From the NCBI GenBank assembly GCA_051362555.1, contig CM120646.1:16678001-16742000 (forward strand): DNA of 64,000 bases. The letters run 5' to 3'. How positions within the stretch are numbered: position 1 is the stretch's first letter; each line of letters opens with the position of its first letter. The position numbers and the translations under genes were made by a program. This document shows positions 12,734 through 25,045 of this stretch, one piece after another. This stretch comes from Lingula anatina (lineage: Eukaryota; Animalia; Brachiopoda). The notes below the pieces were generated by a model, which had not been told where the DNA came from, did no database searches, and saw only the letters and a list, made by a program, of their open reading frames with translations.

Positions 12734-15700
12734 CATGTGTGTCACAGTGTAGTCCTCTGCTGCAGGTATAACTATTACGTACAATACATGAATGCAAGTT
12801 CAATTAAATAAATAGTGCTCATTTCTATAAATTAAATTCTCCAAAAATATTTTTAATTTCAGACTGGATACTTATCTATTTTTTAAATGCGCTTTCAATT
12901 TATTATTACCCACATTCTCACTCAATCCGATTTCCTTATAATCAATAAACAATCTCCCATTCCCATAATCTATATGACTAGTTCAAGGCATGTTTTTTTC
13001 CAGCAAATAAATTTCTAATACATGAAACGCCTCAACATTGTCTTAATTTACCATATAAGAAGCCCTGATGGAGGGGCTGAACTTGAGCAGCAGAGGTTTG
13101 GTCAGCAACATCCAGGGAACACACAACAGGGCAAGCAAGACTAAGATGATCTGGAATACCTGTTGACCTTGGCCTTCCTGTAATGAAGAAATACATCAGG
13201 TAAGTTGTATTCTAGGCTCCTCCAAATTTTACGATTTTCTTGGTCACCAGAACAGCAATAGGATACCTTAAGGGGTTTTTTATTTATTAATTTTTTTTTA
13301 TATTTTTTTTTATTTTACACCACTTAATACTGGATATCATCTCAAATTTAAGTATGTACCATTATCAAAGAAAAAAAAACTTTTAAAACAGAAATTAAGA
13401 TAGTTAAATCAAACCAAATACATGGAGTAGCAGAAACATGTTCATCATAGCTTAATTTTTTACATGTTAAACAGGTGAAAGAGTCAAGGACTTTTTCATT
13501 TCAGTGTATGTGTTATTTCTTGACAAAAAGTGCATTAAGTACTCATAGTTTTCAATCTTATACAACTATCAGCCATGGATCACCCACATAATGTAATGTG
13601 TCACAGTCAGTAAAGGAATTTCACAGAAATGTCTCTTTTATAGAATGCTTTTCATTCAATTCTTCAGAAAGAAAATGACAGAATATAGAAATTTGAAATT
13701 CTGAACAGAAATTGCTTATAGACTTGGTTTAATCCTTTCATTATATTATTTTTACTATTCACAACAAACAATGTATCATTTTCATCAATTCTAAAGTTAT
13801 ACAGGTTAATCCACTACGTCTGCATGTACAAATTTTCAAGAATCATTTCTTAATCAAAATAATTTTGTTTACTTCATATGGAGTAAAAAGAGAAATCTTA
13901 TTCACTTATTGACAGAGAAGCAGAGAATCATGACTATCAGACAGACATCAGTGTTAACTTTGCAAGGATATGAGCGAGGTGGGTTGCCTCGTTAAAATCA
14001 AAAGCCACTCCCTCCCAAAAAGCCACCTCATTGCTAGACATTTTAATACATTTGGTCAGAGACTTTTAATGTAGGATCTACTGATCATCCTTTCCAATTT
14101 AATTTGTAAATTTCTTGCACCCCTTTAAACATGCTGTCTATTAAGGAACACTGTAAGGGTGCTTGAAGCTGACATACTGGTCCAAATTTTAACACCCTCT
14201 CCCCCTCACGAATCCTGTACAAATAATTGACCTAAGGTGGTAGTTATGTCTCCTGTAGGGACATAATATAAGCCAAGGAAATATGGGAGGTTTCTGGGTG
14301 GATATGCACCTCAACCAGACAAGTGTATCAGGGGGAGATCAGATAATATTTTGAAGCAGTTTTCACTGCATAACTGCAGTAGAAAACTGTAATATCAATA
14401 CCTCTTGTGTAACATCACCATTGTTTATAACGAAGAAGCTTGCCTGAAATATGTTTCAAAATTTGCATGGTTATCAATAACTTAAAAAAAATAAAAAATT
14501 CAAAAAAACAGACAATGGACAAACACAAAAATAAACACTGAGCTTACTGCTTTCAAACAAAGACTAATAAATAAAGGTTAATTAACAAACAGATAAAAAA
14601 TAAATATTCAACAATCCAAACAAATAAAGCATCTCAATAAACACAGCATAGTATAAATGAGTTGCTGGGTTAGTGTTGTTTTCTACTTACAGCTCCTCCA
14701 TACCAAGTGATAGTACTGCAGGCTGCTTGTCCTCTCTTAGGGTAGGTGAACAAGAACATGTTGATCAACCCTAGAAATAACAACATGAAAATGACCTTGA
14801 AAAAACAACCACTTCATAATTTTTACTATACGTTTTTAATCTTCTGTGGAAGATGAAAACAATGAACTAGTTGAGACAATTGGATAAAACAGAAAAAAAA
14901 AACTAAATCAAAGAGCAAAAAGAAAGAAAAAAGAAAGATAAAAGTTCAGATCAGTTTTCAGTTTTAAGAGGTTTGTGAGACCTTGTCCTGGGGCCCGTTT
15001 CCCAAAACAACTTAAGCCCAATAATTGATCCAAGCTGCGAGACCCAACTTAGGTTTAATTCACTGACAATCCACAGTAGTCCACTTATACAGTATTGGAT
15101 TAAAACAATTACCATGTCCCTGCAGTAACAAAACAGCCATAGTACTTACAGAACCACCACCAATTCATCTCATGTCAAAGTGGACAAAATATAAAGTCTA
15201 AAATTTAAGGCTCTATTCCCATAGATTTTAGATCGATCTATCCCCACGGGGAGTCTCGCTAGATTACTTTCAGATAATCCGACTTAAATGTCCATCCCGC
15301 CTACTACAAGCTGTAAGGGGATAATTAACTTTCGTGTCTGCCCGGCTGACAGCTATTTAGTGTGAACCCCCAGGAAGTTAGGTTGATCTAAAGTAGGTCG
15401 ATCTTATCTATGGAAATGGGGTGAAGACCAGTTTTCAGCTGGCCATAGCTCTTTTTGTGACCCAGGCTCCCTAGTCTAGCAGTAAAACACACACTAACCA
15501 ATGAGCAGACTGGGTGCACAGTTGGTGTTCATCCCATTGTCAATGGCATTAAAGACAAACCACTTGACAAAGACAAGGAGGACCAGGTAGCCGAACATAC
15601 ACAGCAGGAACAGCACCTGAGGAATGAACTCGCAAAATATGCTCAGCTTGTTCTTGAAATGCCTGGAATATGCAAAAATACATACAATGAACAAATTTTA

Positions 15701-17151
15701 TAAAAATAATTATAAACAAATAAATAAAACAAACACATTAAATGTCTGTGTAAAAATTTTTATACCTGAAAAAAGGCAATATTTTGAATCCTAGACAATA
15801 ATGACAATCAATAAAACTCCATTATTTCTCAATTTTGTTTTCCTTTTAGGATTACCAATATTATAATTTACACATTAGACAATTAATGTACTGCAGAGAG
15901 ATAGCAAACATTACAGAATCATTTAGACCGCATAACACTACCATTACTATTTGTAATTATTTTTTAAGCAAAGATGAGAGACAAAACTGTCCCCCCCCCC
16001 CCCACCCCACCCCTCCTCATAATGACAGACAACTCACATGTGGTTAAACAGTCCTAACCAGACCCCAAACATCATCTGAAACACGCCCATGATGATAGAC
16101 AGCTTCATCTTAAAGGAGTTGGTGTAAGTGATCTTGTTCTCAGCCAACTGCCATACCTGAAAAATAATGGAAAAGTATAGGTCTTGGGAGTAAATAATTA
16201 TAGGGATTGTACTGGTCAATTTCTATTTGAAGTAGATGAAGAGGAGTGAAGATGTGTCAAATTGAGGGATTCAGTCATGCAAGTATTGAAACTCATACAG
16301 TTTGCCCTTCTTTACAGAAAGCATCACCACTCAATCATGTACTTATTCCTTAGTCATATTTTGCATCTACTCAAGCCTGCCTGATTTGAGGGTCAATAAG
16401 TGCAGTTAGGGGTCAAAGGGTGCAACTGGTGGTCAGTGAAAGCTTTCTCACTTACTGGATCTATTCCAAATGGGTAGACCCCTCTGGTGAAGTAGGCTGT
16501 CATGTTGGGGTCACCCTGCAGCTGGCTGGGAAAGTGCTTCAGGTTAGAGGTGCCATTCCTGAAACATTCCAGTTATATAATTAAATATATAAATTATGTG
16601 CTTTATATATATATAAAGGAAGTTTGACAGATATTTAAGTAAAAATTGTGAGATAGATTCAGTATTAATTACTAGCAACCTAAACAATGATCAATTTTTT
16701 CGTTTTTAGAAAAAGATCAATGCTAACCTTTTCACAGAAAATATTACGCAAAAATAAAAGAATTATTTTGCTACAATGATCATAACCTGTTATGTACAAA
16801 ATCTTTACTGTATGCTCTCCATTAGAAAACTTACACTACGAATTCACTTGCAGGCACCGTCCAAGAAGAACCAAATATATTGGTGGACCTGGAGAAGATG
16901 TCGTTGTAGATCATACCGGAGTAACAGGAGAACAAGCCCATCATCATAATGATGTAACGCCCACCGAAGAACGTGTTTGCAATCTGGAAATACAAGACAT
17001 TCACTATATGCTATCATTTCTGTTTGGGGGGAAAACATAAAAACAGATAAGCCATGGTAACTAAGTGGTAGCCCCTGTATATGAGAAAGTGGTCGCTTTC
17101 TTATATTTGCACAAGCTTGCCTTTTTTTGTGACCATAATAGGGCATGTGCG

Positions 17152-17193
<42 letters not shown>

Positions 17194-20100
17194 GAAGGAA
17201 TTTTTCAACTTACTCATTTCCAACTATTTGTTTCCTGACAGAAAACCTCACCTCATCATCCAACTTGGAGGCCATGATCTGTTTCTCCTTGATGACGAGA
17301 ACCAGGGCAAACAGGAACATAACGAACCCGTGACCTGCGTCTCCAAACATGAGAGAGAACAGAAAGGGGAAGGTGATGATGGTATACGGAGCTGAAATAA
17401 AAGACAAGAACGTAAACAATCCATGGCCTGTAACTTCAAACATGAGAGAAAAGGAAAAGGAAAGTGATGGTGATAAAATTAACTGAAAAATGTTAAGAAG
17501 AAAACAAAGAAGTCAAAACTTGCATCCCTAAACAATAATAACAGGAATATAATTGATTATTACCCTCACTGGCCTTATTGTAATTATTATTGTCATAATG
17601 ATTGTCATAACCATGTTTATGATTATCATTTTATCTATTTTTAGTATTGAATTTAAACATGAGAAGGTGGTGAACAATATAATGGTGAGATTTAATATTA
17701 CATAACATGCCTTTATTACATAATAGATCTATTAGATTTCAGTGAATGCATACTTGGGTTCATCTCCCCGTATGTGTTCACGCCATAGGCATCAATGATG
17801 CTCTGAAAGGCGCCAGTGAACTTGTTGGTCTTGTGGTAGGTGGGAGGCGCCTCCTTGGTGGTCATACGGTTCAGGATAGATGGAACACTGCTGCCACTGC
17901 GGTCCTGAGGTGCCACAAATACAAACAATTAAGAGCTCAGTTTAAGCAAACTGTGATAGCTCTCAATGTAATATGCGGATGAGGTAAAGAATATAGGCCT
18001 TGGCCGTCTTTGTGCCATTTATTTACTCGTTTTTGTCATTTTTCTTTTTTGATTTTTTGAGTGATTGGCTCAGAAAACTTGATAACTTTTCTTCTTCATA
18101 GGAAATATTCTGAAATCTAAATCTTAACTCTTAAAAGCATTATCTTTTAATTTAAACCTATGTTTCCACATGTCTTATATCACGCAAGAGGCACTGAGAC
18201 ATGAGCAGTGCCACTTTCAACAAAATAAATCATCATTATTAGTGACAGCATATCACTTACAGGCAAAGACAAAATCACACAATCGATTTACATATAATCA
18301 CATGAATACAATCATGGCTACATAACGCTTCATTTAAGGCTCAGGCTGAATTCCACAAGAGATTCACATAAATCCTGCACTATATATAATCCAGTGTCTG
18401 CGTAACACTTACAGTGCCCCTCCTGAGGGCCAGCTGTATCTTGTCCAGTTCAGCCACTGGGCACCAGCACTCAGCAATCAGACACTTCTGGGTGACGTCC
18501 AGGTTAAACATGTTCAGGGTGTGGTAGATGGCCTTGATCTTCTTCACTTTCACAAACCAGTTCTTAATGTTCTTGGCAGCAGCCACAAGCACACGGTGGC
18601 GGTGGTCCTGGGTTTGACCAAGCACCTGAGGGGTAGGAGAGCAAAAACAATAGTCTTTACTAATTAATTAATCAACCAAGCCATTAATACTCTGTGTACG
18701 TTAGTCACCCAGTGGGTTATCACATAAAAGAAGTTTTCTTTAATCGATACTTATATTGTAAAGCCAGGATGAAATTTTTATAACTCCCTTTATCAATTAA
18801 TCAATTAATTAATAAAATATCCTTTCAGCAATTTAGTACAATAAAAACATCCTATAGCCACAATCTGTCTTTGTTCCATTGAGACCACTTCACATTATTT
18901 CTGGTGAATTTTTCAAGTCCAGAATCAATGCCTCATTGTCCACAGTTTACCAGCAGAGATATACTTACAGTGTTCAAGTCCTCAATCCGTGTCATCACCC
19001 CAATAGCCATCTCTCTCCTCTCTGCTGGGGTCTCTGGGCATGGGTACAGAGTGGCACGGAAACTGGAAACAGAATTATAGAATGGTTTTCAAACTAAACA
19101 GAAAACAGTCGTAAGTCTGCTGTATAAGCCACCAGACTGAAGCAACGGACTTATAAATCTAGTGCCGTACTGATCATTATAAAAGAGAAAGGTATACAGA
19201 CCAAATAATAACTTACTGCAGGCTGGCCTTGGTTTGCAAAATGTTATAATTATATTAAGACTACTCACCCCTCACAGATTTTCTTCACTCTGCTCTTCAG
19301 CTGGTCTCCTTGGAAGAAGATGATGAAGACAGACTTGTTAACTTGATCTCCCTGCAATGCAAAATATACACATTTTCAGAACTGTTCCAATAACTGGAAT
19401 AAGAGAGACAATGAAGAGTTGCAAATTCTACATAAGATATGCCCATATCATTACTAGCATTTGCAAGTTTGACAATGTCGCTTAATAACTAACAAAAACA
19501 GTATTCAAAGTTGGGGAAAAGTAAGTTTCCAAATATTTTAAATGGCTTCTTTGATAAGTTGTGAAAAGGTCTTATATTTATATTTTTATTCACTTTAAAG
19601 AGTTAACTTACAGATACAGGGTCCTCCAGAGGGGTTTCGATCTCTGCCTGCTTCAGGAACACGTTGCCACGGCATACTCTCCACAACATGCGCTCAAACG
19701 CAGGGATACGCTCGCGCAGGATGACACCAGCAACAAACCTAGAAATGTGCATAAACTTCATAAGGGCCACTTGTACTTTTTCAAAGTTATTTTACTACTA
19801 CCTATTCCAAATAACATGATTATAGATAATGGCTTGGTTTAAAATGCATGGAATTATGCTTTTATCATTCAAGGCAATTTGCTTTATATTCCATTCTGAA
19901 CATATATTAACCACATACCTGACTTTTATCTACAGGAAAATGATAGACAATTACCAAAAAAAAAAAAAAAAAGAAAGATATTCTGTGTTCACTTCCATAA
20001 TTGTGTGCAGAATCTACAAATCACCATTCACAATACCACCCACCTGTGTATATCCTGTCTTTCATTTAGCAATTTATACTCAGATACAGTACTACTTACC

Positions 20101-21520
20101 TTCACTATATCTAAGAAGCAGGAATTTTCTTCGTCTTTTACCCCACCCCCTCCCTAAAATATGACTGAAGACTGAAGCCACCACAAAAAGAAGTGGCAGT
20201 AAGAGGGACACTTACAATACCAGTTTGGACAAATGCATCATAAGGGGCAGAATCTATAGCAGGACTTGACATGTAAGAAATAACAGGCTTACTTTTGGAA
20301 TCTTTTCAGACTTTTCAATATGAAGCCTACGAAAAGTACATCTTTTGAGTTTCTAAACAATACTTAACCGTATGAGCCACCAAATAAAAACTGATACCTC
20401 AAGAACTGAAAATGCGTCTTTAACAACAGATACTGCCCCCTTAACAAAAACTAAAACTGGTATGCCCCTGTCCAGTCCAGATCACCTACCCCAGTTGTAG
20501 GGGGGCTGCCACGGCCGAATGCTGGTCACTTGTGGCCAGGGCCTGCTGAGCATCTTCAACAATACTATGATGCTCGTCCTGCCAAACAGAACACAAAACA
20601 AAATAGAAGTCAGCTGAACTGAGGCAAAGAACTAGCATTTTGCTGATGTTTTTTTTTCTCTTTAACCTAATCAGTGGTGAGCAAGGAACTCTATTGCCAT
20701 GGCAACTGGTTGCTAGGCAGCAGGTTACACCACTGAACTTTTGCTATAATATCTGAAATATGTAAAAATTCACTGGGTCATCTTTTAACTATAAAGGTAG
20801 CCTAATACTAAAGACTATGGTTAGGGACTTTATTGTTCGTTTCTTTAGTGGTCATTATGGCTTCTTTGGTTTTGAAAATTTTGAGCAATGATGTGAAGAG
20901 TGGGCATTGCTTCAGTTGTATTGTATTTCCTTGTACTGTTGTTGTCATTGTGTTGATGTTAATATCTATTGCTGTCATTTTCATGAACCAAAGTGCATTT
21001 TATCTATTATCATATTACAGTATTATGTATATATGCAGAAGAGGAGGACAGGGGAATAAAGGGGGTGGGGATTTTGTTTAGATATGGTTTTCGTAATTTA
21101 AAGGAATATTAGTGTAACAGTTGTTGTTGGTAGGTAGTGGGACTGAACAGAGAAAAATCAACTGAATAAAGCATTGTGCAAAGGATAAAGATATGTGCAA
21201 CAATGGCTAATAGGCACACTAGTGCAAAGCAGTGCAGATAAAAACTGATCAAAGTGGTGCTATAAAATTAAACACTAGATGTATAAATTCAGCTTTAAGG
21301 CTCAAATAACAAAACAAAAACAAACATACGCAAGCAAACTTCTTCACACAAACTACAATCTAGTCTCAATAGCAAGTGTGCCAAATAGATAAATATAATA
21401 AACATTCATAATCAAATTAACTATCATGAAGGCTTATATCAGGCAACAGTGATGACTAAACTCCTGGAAATCTCCCCAATATGTTGGAGAACCAGGTAAA
21501 TTATCATGATGAGACATGCA

Positions 21521-21562
<42 letters not shown>

Positions 21563-23795
21563 TAATTAATAATAATGAATCCTGTGGACTTAGATGTCCA
21601 CTAAGGTTGCTATAATTCAAAATGCAGAGTCATCTATCACAGATAAAAATCTGTGTGTAGATAACCAAGAAAAACCCAATACATGCAGTGCTATCTGCTT
21701 AATTGACTTACTGGTACTACTGCAGGTGGGTTCTGCAAATTTAATTACACCTGTAACCAGCAATTTCAAAAATGGGGGGGTATTTTCTGTTAAAGTGGAC
21801 CTTTAACTATATTCCACTTTCTCTTATATGTTTGTTTGGACTATTAATTAACTTAAGAACAATACTTGGGATATCTCTTTTTTTTTCCCACTTTCACTCT
21901 TAAATAGGATTGGAAAGGGGACATCAGACAATTAAAATACAATCCGTGAGAGTTTCAAATCACACCTGTTGTCCTTTTTTAATGCAATGTGCCAAATCTA
22001 AAATGGGGTGGAAATAAAACTATGAAAATTGACTTGAAACTGAAACACAAACTAGAACTAAACTAAAAATGGGGTAAAAATGTAGCAAGAGATTTCCCTG
22101 TAAGCTGTTAAACAGTGCTATGGTTGTTTTCATCCCAACTTAACTGAAATGTTTAAGTAAAGCTTGCAATTTAAAGGAAACCAAACCTGGGTGTAACAAT
22201 AATTTTTCAATTTTTGTGTTGCAGAGCATGTAAAGTGCAAAAACTTCATTGTGATTGGAAATGACAAACCCAGGTGGAAATTCAGCTGTGACTGGTTGAA
22301 GTCGAGATTGAAAGAGAAATGTAACGATGTGTGGGGTGCAATCACGTGCTAATCAGTATATCAAGTTGTGTGGCTATCATTCATTTTCTTCTATGTTAAG
22401 AGATATTTGATAGAATTTGTTTACGTAAATTAAAGAAGTGGAGGTGGGGTGGGTGATATTTCACAAATAAGAAAGAAATCAATTGTTTTTCTCTCTCATG
22501 GTGTTGTTACAACAAAAACCATATCTAGACCCCTTTTAGAGACACGCATGCAGAAGCCTAAGAAAGCTATAAGGAACTGCCCAGTTGAACAAGTCAAATG
22601 TTACGGCGCAGTGTGATAAATGAGAGTGCCAGTTAGTGAAAATTCAGTGCTATGATCAATCCACACCATTAATAAAATACACAATCAGCAAAATGCTTGT
22701 TCACCACCGTATACTACCCGTTAAGTTTATGCCACTGTGCTGCCATCTAGTGTCCATGGAGTAGGTGACTCAAACCAGACATATCTTTTTCTCTCTCTCT
22801 CTCACACACACACACATGCTCTACAACCTAGAACTCTCTTGCTCCAAACTGTCCAGGTTTCCTCACCCTAAACGCAAGGCCTGTCCCCCTGCGCGCAGAC
22901 CTTCTTCACCCAGCAATCCCATTGTTTCTTCTGTCACCCCAGGGTCGTGCATTGCCTGTCGTTGATGATGTTCAGCCTGGTGAGGAACAATAGGTGGCGC
23001 CCTGTGTAGTCACCCCTCCCACGAACTCAATACAAACTCAACTCAATAGGGGGAGTAAACACACAAGAGGAACTGAACATAATTACAATGCACTCAAGAT
23101 CTGGAAGAGCTACACTCTCAAACTAGATAAGCTAAATAAACAAAGCTCTTGTTGTTCTCATGGTGCAGCAAACAGCATAAAAACAACAATAACAACAAAC
23201 AAGTGCAAAATGTGCCTCTGAACCTATTTGTTAAAATATATGGATGCTTTGCATTGTTCTAGCAATTTCAAAATTTTTGACTTTGTTTCAATTTAAAGAC
23301 AAAAAATTATAACCGCCTGTAAAGTTTTCAGAAAACTGAAACCCAAAACTAAAATTACAATGTAAACATGGACAAGACACATTTTGAATCAGATATGGTA
23401 TATATTTAAACACAGTATAAAAGAGAAGCTGGTCAAACTCGGACTTTACTAAATGGTAGAATTTCACATGCATGACTTTTCTCATTTACTTTAAAAAATC
23501 CTTCATGCAAAAATGCAAAATAAAAGACATTTAGAAATTTTGGAATTTGAGAAGTGATTTTGCTGATCAGCTTTTCTCTTGTAGCAGCAATGCTTTAGCT
23601 CTTATTTGATTATCTAGATTTTTACGTCTATAAAATATGCTTGTAACATATAAGCACGCAAATATATGTCAATAATATATAAAAGCAAGAATAATATTGA
23701 CTAACTTAATTCCGTTTTCTTCCATGTTTTTATCAACAAATGCATTTTTGAAAATTTTGTTCTTCCCTCAATAAAAAAAAGGTGTGTTTGTGTGT

Positions 23796-23826
<31 letters not shown>

Positions 23827-24320
23827 TAAAAATAATTTCAGACAGATCACATTATTTCCTGCTTTTGACAACATTACTCCTTTTTCTTATTCTGCAGCAA
23901 TAAATATAGAGCATGCACCAGCAACTAGCATAATTATACAATTCAAAATCTAGGTCTAGCACTGCTATGAGAAAGGGACAAGGTCATACATGGTACACAA
24001 ACATTCCCTCTACAGAGGGGCATGCATATTTGATAACAACGCAGTAAAGCATGCATCTGGTTAAGAAACACCAATGAGGGTATCCAGGCTCCTGGAAAAG
24101 GATTTTTTTCTTTCATGCAAAAGAAGGTACAAGTTGTGAGGTATCCTTTGCATGTGGCAAGATGTGTATTGGGTAAATTGTCTTAGGTCGATGCTTGCTT
24201 ACTGTGCGCGATGAGAGCTGTAAGGCATTTCCTTAGATTGAATTCAGTGTAAATTTGGAACTTTGACCAGTAAATCAATCATTTGGAGCTACTCTTGGAG
24301 CCTGCATGGCAGCTTCAGAA

Positions 24321-24351
<31 letters not shown>

Positions 24352-24991
24352 ACATGATAGCAATTATTGTATAAAGAAAAGTTAACATAAAATGCTTGTG
24401 AACTGCTATCGTCTATTGCCATGCCAAAGTAAACAGACAGTAGAAGAGGTCAAATTGTGCAACAAAGCAGCCAGATGAAAAAAATTTTCATGAAAACATT
24501 TGCGAACAAAGCCAGTTACATGTAGCAAAAACATTTTAGAGAAGGCCCACATAAGCCTGCATATGCAAAAGGTCTAATTAGCTACAATTATAACATTTAG
24601 ACAAAACAAAAATATGTACAGGGGCAGTTCTCTTTATTTTGAACATGCATAAAAAGACCACTGACCCAAACAAGCCTAGAGAAAATAATATTTTTAAACG
24701 GCTTGGATATAATTGAAAGAAAAAATTTGCATTGAGCATTTCTCAAGACCCACGAGTGTTGAGACACGAATGTCAAGATGACAGCTGTGTGGTGAACAAG
24801 CATTTCATTCACTGGCATACCTGTACCTCTTTACCTTCCAATTTTCATTCGCAGCATCCCAAAGATACCCCCTCCCTACGTTATCCACAGAATGACTTTG
24901 ACAAACTCTGCATAAGCTGTAATACTTTGGCATGAGATAAAATTAGCAGATAAAAAATGACTGTCTGGGTGCACGTATGCAAATATGCGTG

Positions 24992-25045
<54 letters not shown>

